Origin: Epiperipatus broadwayi
Lineage: Eukaryota; Animalia; Onychophora
Length of the DNA: 64,000 nt
Reading direction: 5' to 3'
Assembly (NCBI GenBank): GCA_028023455.1
Contig: JAQFVV010000005.1
Coordinates: 8,804,001 to 8,868,000, forward strand
Shown: positions 11,802 to 24,330 of the stretch, piece after piece
Numbering within the stretch: the stretch's first letter is position 1
Layout: the number at the start of each line of letters is the position of its first letter
The notes under the pieces: generated by a model
What the model was told of the DNA's origin: nothing
The model's database searches: none
The model's input: only the letters and a program-made list of their open reading frames with translations
Translations under genes and position numbers: made by a program

Positions 11802-13067
11802 ATCCACAATAAAGTATCTATTATTTTGAAAATCACACTATATTATTAGATGCTTAATGTTTACTTTGATTATGTCCTCTGTCTATGGATTGCTAATTTA
11901 TATTTTATAGATAGAATTCATTCATAAGACTATTAATCATACAAACAGTAAAATGTACTCATATATAATTATTAGTAAGTCTATTTAATATTTAATTTTA
12001 TATATTAAATGTCTAATTAAGTGTATATGTTTAAAATCTTACCTTTTGTCTTTTAAGTCAGTGTCCAATCTAATGCATCCAATTATTTTAAGACTTTATT
12101 TATGAACATATAAAATTTATATATGTATACTTTGAGTTGTCTATTTATATTTTTCTCCTTCTATAAAAATTTAAGCCAAATGGGTTCTTTACATTTTAAG
12201 ATTTAGAGAAAAATAATGTTTTCTGCAAATGAGTAAAAGAGTGAGAAAAATCGTAACTCAACTCCCAGTATACATTAAAAAAAAAAAAATACAAAAAATA
12301 TAAAACTATTTAAGAGCATCAAAATTAGATATCTTGGACTTTTTTAAAAACAAAGGGTTAACATTTGTAAGAGTGGCTTCAGTGTTTTTTTTATTTATCA
12401 GATGGTGTCTTCTTTTTATTCACGCATGTTGGATGATTTTAAAATTCAACCATTTAACAATTCCCATGATGAAATTGAACTCTTTGGCTCTTGATTTTGT
12501 AGCCATTGCCTTTCCAATTCTATCTTCAAATCATTCCACGCTGATGTAGACATTAAGCATATCAATAGTTATTATACTCCATCACCATCTGATGACACTA
12601 AGAAGGTACAAAGATCCTGTAACAATTAATTTAGCAAGATTGGATCCTTATATTATATATATATGCAAATAAGTAGTTAAATATAAGTTTTTTCCAAAGT
12701 TTGCATTATAATATAAAAAGAAATGCTGTTTACATGCAGTATATATATATATAAAATATATAAAAGATATGTGATAATAGATTTTGTTTCAAAAGAAATA
12801 CAAATTAGTATTTTAAAATTCTATTTCATTATTAGTTTGCTTTTTTTTTTTTTTTTATAATAATTATATTTTTGTGGTTGATAAGCAAATATAAATCTCA
12901 CAGAATCTATTCGAACAAACGAAAGTTCATAACTTAAATAATGTCTCTTTTCTTTTTAAAATATTTTGCACCTTACCAAATAAATGCAATTTAAGATATT
13001 AACAGTTTTCTTTTAAAATGAAATAGAATCATGATAATTAATATAATAATAATAATTAAAAATATTT

Positions 13068-14271
13068 GGTGCTTGTCTTATAGATGAAGACGCCGTTCGA
13101 TGGCGCCATTTTCACGCTAAAACTATAAAATATAAACATTCCTGGGCCATTGATTTTAATCATTTTGATGTGTTTTTTTGTAATGCGAAAATAAAAACAA
13201 AACAAAATCGTCTTTTTTAAATCTTATTTTTTATTAACGTATACAAATTAAATGATAATAATAAATGTAAAATAAAATAAACAAATTACAATTTGATTCG
13301 TGTTTTTTATTTTGCTTTATTAGAATAATCAATTTTCTATCGTATATTTTTTTACTGGGGTTACGGCTTTACCGCTATTTTTACTTCATATAGAATGACA
13401 ACAAAAAGTAAAAGTTGTTACAGTTAGGTTTAGGGTTAGGTTTAGGGTTAGTTTTAGGGTTAGATTTAGGGTTAGTTTTAGGGTTAGGTTTGTTCTGTTG
13501 TTTGTAATGCTAAAGTAAAAAATATCAAAATCGTATTTTTGTAAATATTTTTTTTTAGTAACATCTATAAAATAAATGATAACAATAAACGTAAACTATA
13601 TTCAACAAAGTATAAACATAGTCGGAGAAAAGAAAGTAAAACTTTTTTAAACAGCAACAAAAATGTCTTCTTTACTTATTAATCATGTTTATAATATATG
13701 CTTTTTATGAAATTTACAAAAAAAACATGCAGAATTGTACTTTTCTTACTGGATATTTTTGTGTTACCACTCTGTTTTACATCAAAAATATACACACGGT
13801 AGAATCTTGTTTGTCTCTTGGAATGTTACAAACAGTACATTACTTGACGCATTACCTAATTCCAACTCACTTTACATATATATCTTGTCAACATTTTCAC
13901 AATTAAAACTTCAATACAATATGGTGTAAAAAGTCTGATAATTACTACTTTACAAAATCTGAACATTTCAATAATTTCAAATATAAAAAAATCCAATGAA
14001 AACAACATTTCCATCCAATTCAAAAAACACACTCTCTCACCAAGCCATAAACATTTTATAAACTGTGCGAATTCAGAAAATGTATTTGCTGCGATGCACC
14101 ATACATGCTGTACTGCAATGCGACATAGTGGCCTGCAATCTGTAGCACAACAAAAAAGTTGTATTATAGAAAACGCGGGTCGAACGTGTCGGCTGTGGAA
14201 ACGGCATTTTTATGTGTTTTAGCGCGAAAACGGCGCCATAGAGCGGCGTCTTTAGCTATAAGACTAGTACC
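13068..14271. mobile_element. Non-autonomous DNA transposon (MITE), Merlin-like
   Basis: About 60-bp imperfect TIRs (GGTGCTTGTCTTATAGATGAAGACGCCG... versus the reverse complement of the right end, GGTACTAGTCTTATAGCTAAAGACGCCG...). 8-bp TSD AAATATTT (13060-67) / AAATATTC (14272-79). GG-starting ends plus an 8-bp TSD fit Merlin. CpGs are retained, so the insertion is young. No transposase. Confidence 0.75.
13424..13489 (+). repeat. Telomere-like hexamer array (TTAGNT TTAGGG)n inside the MITE
   Basis: 11 hexamers alternate variant TTAGGT/TTAGTT/TTAGAT with TTAGGG. Confidence 0.95.
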
Positions 14272-14899
14272 AAATATTCTTATTCTAAAGCTTTACTTTA
14301 ACAGTATTCCATTTTGAACCACCATCAACCAACTAAACTAAAAACTACTGTTGCTTAGTTTTTTTCATGTTCCAAAGTCAACAAATGTTTACTCTTCTTT
14401 TACTCTTTTAAACAAAAGAAATTTGGTTGTTAGCATCTCTTAACATTAGATTACTATTATGTCTGTCATGTCATGATTTAAACTGTTAAAAATACAATGT
14501 ATAGATGTTCTATTTCAGATTTATTTTAACAAAACAACATATAAATTCATTTCTTTATGAATGTATAATTATGTATGTATATATATATATGCCTCCAGTT
14601 ATCTTTAAAATTATGTTTTAAAGGTTGGCTGCCTATCTAATCTTCATACTTGTCATTCCAAAACATCAGTTACTTATTATTTTTATATAAGGATTGGGCA
14701 TCACCTTATAATATAATTTTAATATATAGATACAAAAATTTAGATTTATCTAATTTGTTACAGAATAATACCTGTATACATATGAATTTATTTTTTATAG
14801 ATAATGTTAATAAACAAATGATTATTTGATTAACTGAGATTTACATTATATAGCAAGTATGCATATAAAATGAAGATAATTTGCTATTGTGCAAACATA

Positions 14900-17800
14900 T
14901 TTACTGCTATTTAATTGCACTTTAATAAATGTCCTTATATTGCAGTATATATGTTAAATATAATGTTCAGAAGAGAAATTAGGAAATTAATAATTACAGC
15001 CAAGTAATAAAACTTTATCATCATTGATAGCATACATTCTTAACACTATTTATTCTAGCATCTCAATTTTAAATATAGTGTTTATACTCATTTCATTCCA
15101 ACCACTCACCAAGTATCATTACTTTCAATAATGTAATAATATATTTCTATTATTATAATAATTTAAACTGCAATTTCTTTCAGTTTATTCTGATGCTTCA
15201 ATTGATTGTTGCTAATTGTTGAGAATAATGACTCAAGTATTAATCTTCCACAATAGAAAATAGTTATTTTTTAGCCATTTTTAAACTGAGAGCAATCAAG
15301 TAACATTTGAAAATAAATATTGAATATTATTTTGATAAATAATATAAAAGCACGAAGTTTGATCTGACATTGGCTTAATTAAATGAAATAACCAATAAAA
15401 AGGTTAGTTTATAAACTGTTATTTTAATTTTTGTTTTACCAATCCAACTTCAAAGACAATGGTAGTTTTTAGATCATAAATAGAGTACATATATTTTGAA
15501 TTTTCTTTGTACCATAATTTAAAAGGTTTATGTTATCTTTACTATATGTTCATTTCATTGAGAGAAAATTAGATTTTAGTGAGAATTGTTTTTACCTTAT
15601 ATACTCAGCTTTCATTAAATTTTTTAATGATTTATATTTAAAATGTAAAATTTCTATCTGTACAGTAATACTATTTACAACATAAGCTAATATTTATAAT
15701 GAAAACAACTCTAACTGACTGAAACATTTTACTTATTTTTTTAGTAAAGAAATTAGTTTTATTTTATAATCATTTATTATTATAATGAGATAAATTTTAA
15801 AATCCTAAAGAAATAAGCTTGATATATATATATATATTTATTAAGATGATTAACTATACCTAATTGCTTTTATTTTATAACTGATTCATCAAATCTTGAA
15901 TTCATCTGATTCAAATTTATTCTTTAGAACAGTGATCTTCAACCCTTGGTCCGCGGACCGGTGCCGGGCTGCAGAAGTTTTCTGCCGGGCACAGGAAAGT
16001 TTGTAATAACAAAATAATAAGAGTTTAAACTTTTAATTAATATAAACAATTTTTATTTATTTTTTCATCTCATTTTTACCCAATTAAAAAAAAAAGAAAC
16101 AGAACAAAAACAAAATCTAATCAATCATACATAAATTAATTTGTTTTTTTTAGTTCTCACAGGTGTTTATGGGGGGGGGGGGTAGAATTAAATTTTTTTA
16201 TTACTTTTCTAAAAAAATTAAAAATTAAAAAAAAAAAAGTTTTTTATTATACAAACTCCATATATATATAATTTAAATTCATCTTGTATATTTAACATTG
16301 TTTTGATCAGTTATAACAATTATGCTCATCTAAAGCTAAGAAGTTTACATCTTTAAGAAAATTTATCTATAGACTTCTGCCGGTCTGCGAAACCTTATTC
16401 TTATTTTTACCTGGCTGTGAAACCTTATCCTTATTTTTACCGGTCTGCAGGTGTGAGAAGGTTGAAGACCACTGCTTTAGAAGATGTAATTTGATAATGT
16501 TATCTTTGTGTAAGTTTAAGATTAATCCAACAATTTTTTATTCCCAATAAAAATATATTTTGTATAAAAAAACTCTTAAGTGTGATTACCAGGTTTAACT
16601 ATTACTTTCTCAGATTAGAAACAAACATTGATAATAAAATGTTATCAAGTAACATTATTGAGTTTAACCAGTATTGGAAATAAATAGCAGTTATTTTTAC
16701 TTGAATAGCTAATTTATGGATTAATCTCCATTATTCATAGTCTAATTTATATCAAGGCATTAGTTTAACTTGGTAACTCTATGGTTATTGGATTCGATAA
16801 AGGCAAATATACATCACGTTACTTATGATATGGTTACCAATATTCTGAAGTTGAATTATTACAAATTCAATGTAAAAATGGATTGAGCATTCTTTTTATT
16901 TTTTAATTGTAGCAAATGTTTTTTTTTCAATTAGCAGGGTATTGTTGACTTAACTTTTAAATGTGTATATGTATATTCTGCAATAATCTAAAAAGTCTGT
17001 TGAATTTGTTTACAATAAATACCCCCTTCCCTCATTTCTTGATGTTAATTTAATTGTCACATAATCAAGATTTTTTAAAAATATATATTCAGTGTCTTGG
17101 TATTTTTTCAATGTTATACTCAATATTGTTGGCTTGAATGTTCTCTGTGATTATGCTTATACTGTTATTTTCTGGATCTTTTAAGTAGGGTTCTTTATTT
17201 CAGAAGCTTATTTATAACTAGTAATGGTGACTAAATCTTTTCATGATTTTAAACATGATAGTGTGAAAGCTGTGCTTTCACATGATGATAGTAAAATCCA
17301 TTTCATATTCCCACTAAATAAATATTACAGCATTTTATTATTAATTTGAAATATTTTCAGTGGCTGATGTGATTTCAACTATTTTCTTATTTTCAGGATT
17401 AGGAATGAAAAGGTTAGTAAAGTTTTAGCTATATTGATGTCTGGCTAAGTTTATATTTCTGTCATATTGTTTTAGGATGGTGAGAAAAGCTTGAATTCAG
17501 AACTTAAAAAAGCCTTACATTTCTCCCACCATCAAAAAAGCTCATATATATTATGATTCTATTGTTTGTTTATATGATAATCAATCCAAATACTTTTCAA
17601 ACTTTTATTTTCTAACTAATAATAATTAGATATCTTCATTATTGTTCTTGGAGCTTTGATTCCAATATTTTGGCAATATACATTTTTAATAGTTTACTTG
17701 AGGCCATGACATTGAATAATGATGGGGTGATCACTTCCAATTGATTTTAGTCTTGACTAAGATCCATAAGACTCTTTCAATAACTAATCTTTTCTTGTCA

Positions 17801-17950
17801 TGTTTTGTATTGTCTGAAACTGAGAGCAGTTATGAAATATGGACTGTACATCAATATTTGATTACCATACATGTGATTGAATCTACATTTTTGTCTTAAC
17901 AATTTCTGTGTGACTGCAGTGCCAGTGCAGTAAGTTGAGCAGTTAAGAAT
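14900..17950 (-). mobile_element. Ancient degenerate LINE (APE + RT remnants), interrupted by the hAT MITE
   Basis: Minus-strand relics: FNHMYG (~17870, GDFN.H-like), GSDHPIIIQ (~17720, APE end), VKPGNH (~16590, RT domain 0/1-like) and LLGC..(~15000, YLG-like). Many stops and frameshifts. Confidence 0.4.
15930..16474. mobile_element. hAT (Charlie/Buster-type) MITE
   Basis: TIR CAGTGATCTTCAACC / GGTTGAAGACCACTG. Perfect 8-bp TSD CTTTAGAA (15922-29 and 16475-82) with central TA. Subterminal repeats at 16380-16445. Confidence 0.92.
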
Positions 17951-18299
17951 CCCTTCTGGAAAACAACATAGATTCCTAGACAATGTAACCATTTTCTACT
18001 ATCAGGTCAAGTATATTTGTCCAAAAGAACATGGATTTCATTCATCCTGCTGATGAAACTTTGATTATTTGCATTCAACTTTTGTGATTTCTTTACAGGT
18101 AAAGGACTGAAATTTTCAACATGTGGAATGTATTCTCCTTAGACTTACTGTAGTTTAATTTCATTTGATGCCATAAAATTGAACTCTCTCAGCATATGAT
18201 GGATTGTATGCTGAAAAATCCTTTTATCTCATGAAAAAATACTCAACAAAAATTTGTGTTACAGCTGTAAGTTAAATAACTTACCGTACAGAAATTCAC

Positions 18300-19000
18300 A
18301 ATATTTTTTCTTTAGTTTCTGTAATATGAACTAAAATCTATTAACTAAGCACAATTTATTCAGATTTAGTGAGTGGTCAAGAAAAAATGGTATAAGTGTA
18401 TCAGTCCTATGGATCAGCACATTGCGAATGAGACTTCCTATCATTTAAAATATCTTCTTGAGGTTCTGAAAAAAAAACAAATTGCATTTTATTATCAAGT
18501 AGCCTGTATAAAGACTTTGGTGTTTCATCATAATTTTTCAGGCCTAAAAATGATTGGGGCTCTCTTTTTCTGTATGGATCCAAATTTCTTGAGATTTCCT
18601 TCATCATATTTTATGATTATCTTAGAATCAAGAATGACTCATTTTTTGGTTTTAAAAATGCAGTTATCTGGGTTTATTTCAATACCAGTTGCTATAAATT
18701 GATTTAGCAGCTTTGTGATGGGTACTCATTGTTAATAATACAACAGGTATTCCAGCATCTAATTGATCTGATATACACAGGAAAATTTTTGGAATTATTA
18801 ATATTTTGAAGGGCAGTCAATTTATTTTGAATAGATCTCTGTGTTTTATTACTATTAATGTCCTTGATTGGCATAGTTGGAGATATATTTGTCAGAAATT
18901 GATTTTTTTTCACAGACCATGTGAAGAGGATTTGCGTGATTGATAGAAATGTATAATTATCTATAGGTAAGATTTTATTTATAAAATACTAATATCACCC
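18300..19000 (-). mobile_element. Degenerate 3' part (RNase H region) of an I-group LINE
   Basis: Shares blocks with 27120-27850 (GATTTAGTGAGTG.TCAAGA; CAGTCAATTTATTTTGAAT). Minus-strand relics resemble the RNase H and RLRIGHT motifs. Confidence 0.4.
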
Positions 19001-19389
19001 AAAAATTTGATTTTGTTTATTGCAAGACATATGTTAAGATCCATATCAACAATTTATAAATTAAAATCTTTGGTTTCTACATCAGCCATTTATGAACTAA
19101 ATTTTTTTATTCATTTCTAAGTGTAGTTATGGATCATTGTGTTATCGAAGATTTTGTCAAATGTATTGATTCCTTTCTAAAGTTTATTATAGTGCTGATT
19201 TGTTTCACTTTGCTACTGTAAATCCTAAGCAGTAAAACCAATTATGATTTATTATGATGTCATGTTTTTTTATTGAATCAATCAAAGACTGAAGAAACAT
19301 TTTATGTCATTGTTACTACAGAATTGACAATAATATAGATCCAACTTTAAAGTCTATTTTTTAATATTAAATTAATTTGTTTGCTAGTA

Positions 19390-20010
19390 AAAGACAACTA
19401 TAAAAAAAACTTTGAAAATACATGAAAAAATCTTGTAAGAAAAAAAAAAGTACTAATGCAGAGTAATTATAAAACTGCAGTAAGAAATAACTTTAAATTA
19501 CATGAATGGTCTTATATAGAAGATTATAAATTTTAATAGCAGTTATGTGTGATTTCACTACTGATATAAAATGATGTTCCTACAACATTGAAATTTCTGG
19601 GATTACAAAACTGCTATGAATGTTAATTTAAAAGTATATAAAAAATTTCATGCAGGAGAAAACTTTTATCAGTACAGATTATCCTATTACAAAACTACTA
19701 CCAAATGTAATTTAAAAGTAGATAAATAATAAGAAAAATTTCTAGATTGTAGTTGATTTATTTGACTTAACTGGTATGCATGTTAGTTTAAAAATCAAAA
19801 ACACATAGAAGCTCAATCTGTTTCATATATTTTTTTTATTGAAGAAGTACAAATATATAGAATTTACTCTGAATAAATGAATAAAATAAAACAATGAGAG
19901 AAGTGTATAAATAGTGTTACAGACAAAAGTGTTTTGGAAAGTCATGAAATAAACCAATTCAATAATCATAAAACTTTTGAAATTCTTATATAATCCACAT
20001 GAATTGTTTT
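19390..20010 (+). pseudogene. Heavily decayed C2H2 zinc-finger paralog (copy 1)
   Basis: Relic fingers NYKTAVRNNFKLHE and DYKTAMNVNLKVYKKFHAGENFYQ. 19897-20000 aligns with the end of the 36.9-kb gene (GAGAAGT.TATAAAT...TTTGGAAAGTCATGAA...CACATGAA). Confidence 0.7.
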
Positions 20011-20229
20011 AAAAAAATTAGAGAATTTTTTTTTAACATTTTAATGAAATTATACAAATTTTTTTTATTAAAACTTCTGTATCATCAGAAAAAATGTTAA
20101 ATATACAATCTTACACCAAAATATCAAATTTTGATTGAAAAATGGGAAATGATTGTGTCTTAGCTTAAATATTATACTATTGATTACTGTTTTTCTTTAA
20201 AGTGTAAACTTAATCAATTGTCAGCTAAA

Positions 20230-21630
20230 ATGAAATGTAGATAAGTATTGTGAAATGAGAAATAGAACAATCATTAGATGAAGAAGATATGTCATTAGCA
20301 CTAAAGTGAAATGTAGATCAGTCATCAGCTAAATAAAAAGTAAATCAGTCACCAACTGAAATGAAAAATAGATCAGACAGTAGCTGAAGAGAATGGATGG
20401 GGCATCAGCTGAATTGAATAGATCAATTCATTAGCTATAATGAAAAGTGGATCAATCATCAGTCATAAATAGAAATAAGATGTACATCATTCACAGCTAA
20501 AGTTAGGAATAGAATCACCAGGTGAATGGAGGAATAGATTAGTCATCAATTGGAGATAGAAATAGATCAGTTGTAGTGAGAAAGACATAAATAATAAGTG
20601 AGAAATAGATCAGTCATCTGAAATGAGAAATAAGTCAGTCATTTGGTGAATTCAGAAGTCATCAGCCAAACAAAGGTATCCATCAATCTTCAGTTGAAGT
20701 GAGATCAGTTATCAAGTGAAGTGAGAAGTAGAACAATCATCAGCTGAAATAAGGAATAGATCAGTTATCAACTGAGGATAAAAATAGATCAAAAATTTAC
20801 TGAAGTGAGGAATAGATCAATCATTTGAAGAGGGAAATAGATCAGTCATCAGCTAAAGTGAGGAGTAGATCAATTATCAGCTATAGTGAGAAGTAGATCA
20901 GCCATCAGGTGAATTGACAGTACATTAGTTATCAGCTAAAGTGAAAAGTATATCAATCATCATTTGTATGGAGAAGTAAATCAGTCAACCATTAAATTTA
21001 GAACATCAGTCATAAACTGAAATGAGGAATAGATCAGTAATCAGCTGTAGTGAGAAGTAGATCAACCATTAGCTGTAATGAGAAGTAGATCAGCTTAAGT
21101 GATGAGTCGATCTGTCATCAAATTAAGTGAGTAGATGAATCATCAACTGATATGAAGAGTGAATTAATCATCAGCTATACTGAGAATTTGGTTAATTATC
21201 AAGCAAAATGAGAAATATATAACCTGTAAGTGAGAAATAAATCAGTCATCAGGTTAATCCATCAGCTGATAACTGATTACCTTATTTCAGCTACTGATTG
21301 ATTTAATCATTTTTGCTGATAACTGATCTACATCTAATTTTGGCTGATGATTGATCTACTTTTCACTTGAAATAATGACTGATCTATTTCTCATTTTGAT
21401 GAATGATTTATTTCTTACTTCAATGGCTGACTGATCTACTACTCACTACAGCTAATGACCATACTTCTCACTTCAGCTAATGATTAATTTTATTTCAGCT
21501 GATGATTTACTTCCCATTTCAAGTGATGATTAATCTACTCTTTACTTTGCCAAATAATTTGATCTACTTCTCACTTCATTTGGTGACTGATCTACTTCTC
21601 ATTTAAGGAGATCAGTCATCAGCTGATGTA
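20230..21630. repeat. 28-bp minisatellite with internal inversion (foldback)
   Basis: Consensus AGTGAGAAGTAGATCAGTCATCAGCTGA. Forward units run 20230-21260, inverted units 21270-21600 around the palindrome ATCAGCTGAT (21261-70), then forward again at ~21607-21627. Confidence 0.9.
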
Positions 21631-23799
21631 AGATGTAATAAGGAATCTTAATGCTGAAATTGTTTTATCTTTTTTAATGGAATCCATTTAATAATGTTGC
21701 TGTGGTTTATTATTCATAATAAAAATATTTCTTTTTACTCATTCTTTCCGAAATATGATTAATATGTTATATAATAGGAATAATCATATATATAAACCTA
21801 TATTTTAGATTTCATGAAACAGACAATCTCTTAGTGGATGCCAGAAGTCAAATATTGGATATATATGATGTAATCATCTTACAAGCACATTGAACGAAAA
21901 TCTTTTTCATTAGATTAGTCCTGCAATCATTGATGATAATTTGATTAATCTCTTATATTCACAGCTCATGACTTTTCACCCTTCTATGAATGCAAATAAA
22001 GTGACTGTATTTTTAAATGCTATATAATGCTAAACACCCATAGACTTATTTGAAAAAACATACATGATCAATAAGTATGATCTTATCTTTGTCTTTCAAC
22101 TACAATTTTTTTAAAAGAATCTGCAGAATATATTCATCAGATTATATAATTCATGTTTCAAAAAATGAAAAAAAGAATAAAAAATATAGAATATTATTCA
22201 ACAACTTATAAAATTTTAATATAATTAAAGTTGTATCTACTGCATTATGAAAGTTAAAAAGTACTATAAAAACTGTCATTTATGAATATTTAATTCACAC
22301 ACTGACCACAATATAATAATGTTACTGATAGATTGTGAGCTCTATACCAATGACCAAAGAAAAAACTAATCCTTAAGAAATGAAATGTATATATTTAATA
22401 GTGGATTCCAGTATCAAAAAAAAATTAAATCTATGATTGTAAATGTAATAACTAAATACATTAACATAATATATTTAGCAGCCAATCAATAGCGAATGAA
22501 ATGTCATTTCAAGTTTGGATTATAAATAAAAATATTTGGATTAATAGTAAATAAAACAAATTATCAATAACTTTATTTATTATTGTGCTTACTAGAATAT
22601 TTTTATAATTTATTTTTTTACATTAGTTTGCTAATATGCCATAAATTAAATTCCTAGTGTCAATGTCTATATTATTGTCAGTGTTCCATTACTTTTAATT
22701 CATGGCAGTTAATGTAATAAATAAAAACATGGCAATATATTTGGCAACCAAATTAACACATAATGAATATAAATGTAAATTTAACAACAAATGTAATTGA
22801 TGATAATTATAATGTTATGTTTTTGTTATTTTGTTTTGGTTTGGCAGTTCAATATATTATATACTTGGTGTTATTTATTATATTTCTGCTGTAGATTTTA
22901 TTTTGTTACTAAATAAATTATTTTTATGTAGTAAAAGTATGTGTTTTATTGTTTAGCGATTAATTTTCTTTAATTATTGCTAATAACACTTAATCCTTTT
23001 CAATCAAAGAGTAATCTATATTTATGCTATTTGATAAGGAAAAAATATTGTTAAAAGGTATTAAAGAATATTATAATATGAAAGATCAATTCTTAATAAT
23101 AAAAACATAAAAACAATGTAGAAAATATTCATTCAATTAGCTATCAAAAATAAAATTGGAAGAATACTTTGAAAAAAGCAAGTTTATTATGTAAAAGAAT
23201 TGAATAGTTGCCTTTAAATATACAGAATATATAGACACAAAATAAATCCTGACATTAAGTTCATAGAAATCTAAAAAAAAATTACAATAGATGAAGAAAA
23301 TAAGCAGCAAAGAAAACGAGCAGATATCTGTAAACCATATAAACAGTATGAGTAAAGAGGTTTATAATGTACTGCAAACATGCATATAGTGAAAAAGATG
23401 TTTCAATCTTGTCCAAGTATACTGACATTTGTTTAACTGCATTTATATGTATGTTTTCTTATTGTATTTGTGCATGTTCTCAGCCAGAAGGCTAATACAA
23501 TAACTAGCCCATAATGATACTTAAAAATGGTAATAATTGTTCAATTTTAATGGTCTTCTATGCATACCACCCTATTACACAATTTACATTAGTAAGACAA
23601 TTTTTACAACTGTTAATATTCTATTCATTTTATGGGCTTACCGAGTACTATTAATTTTAGCAATATGCTTCATTGTATCAGTATAAGAATACAAATTTTT
23701 ATTTCTGTATTTATTATAGTACGATAGTGATCAAATAACATTAAATTTATTCTATGATCAAGAGATTTATTTTTTCATTACACAATACATTCAAGAGTA

Positions 23800-24330
23800 T
23801 AATAATGGACGCTGGGTTTTTTCTCTGCTAGCAAATGAAATAATAAATTGACGATTCAACCGATTCGCAAAGAACGACTACTATGTCTTATCAAAGTGAA
23901 ATATGGTATTGGATTTTTGTCTCATTTGTTTTCAGTTTAAAGCTTATAGATGAAAGCAATTATTTATTTTCTTTTTTTTAATGAAACTATTTTTTTTGCC
24001 ATTTCAAATAACGTTGGAAAATAAAAATTAAACATATTTTCATATTAATTAAAATAATTTTTATATCTTCATTTTATTGTTGTTGCTGGGCTAATTAAAT
24101 GAAATAGGAAAGATAATTAAATTATGTATTGTAAATCGTTGCTTTTTTAAAAAAAACTTTACTGAACTTTAAAAACAATTGCATCAATTTTTGTTCAAAT
24201 AAATTTTTTTTAAATGTTAGCTGAACGACCGACCTCTAGCGGAATATTGCTGGAAATTTAAGTTTTTGTTTAGTGTGTTTTCTCTTATATTCTTTTCGTA
24301 GAAATAAAATTAGACGAAGGTAATACTTTG
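23800..24330 (+). promoter_or_regulatory. CpG-retaining promoter-like region with CTCF-like motif and candidate first-exon donor
   Basis: Local CpG excess over a CpG-poor background, CGACCTCTAGCGG at 24230-24242, and GAAG|GTAATA at ~24320. Confidence 0.4.

Noticed and set aside
12400-12620. Minus-strand exon candidate (acceptor TTACAG at ~12618; short frame MSTSAWNDLKIELERQWLQ...)
   Set aside because: All frames contain early stops, and there is no recognisable domain or partner exon.
13424-13489. True telomere or chromosome-fusion scar
   Set aside because: The tract is only 66 bp, in a single orientation, and enclosed within TIRs and a TSD.
20230-21630. CRISPR-like array (also considered for the 1.0-1.4 kb and 11.0-11.4 kb arrays)
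   Set aside because: Units are degenerate and either contiguous or separated by related spacers. There are no unique spacers between identical repeats, no cas genes, and the context is eukaryotic.
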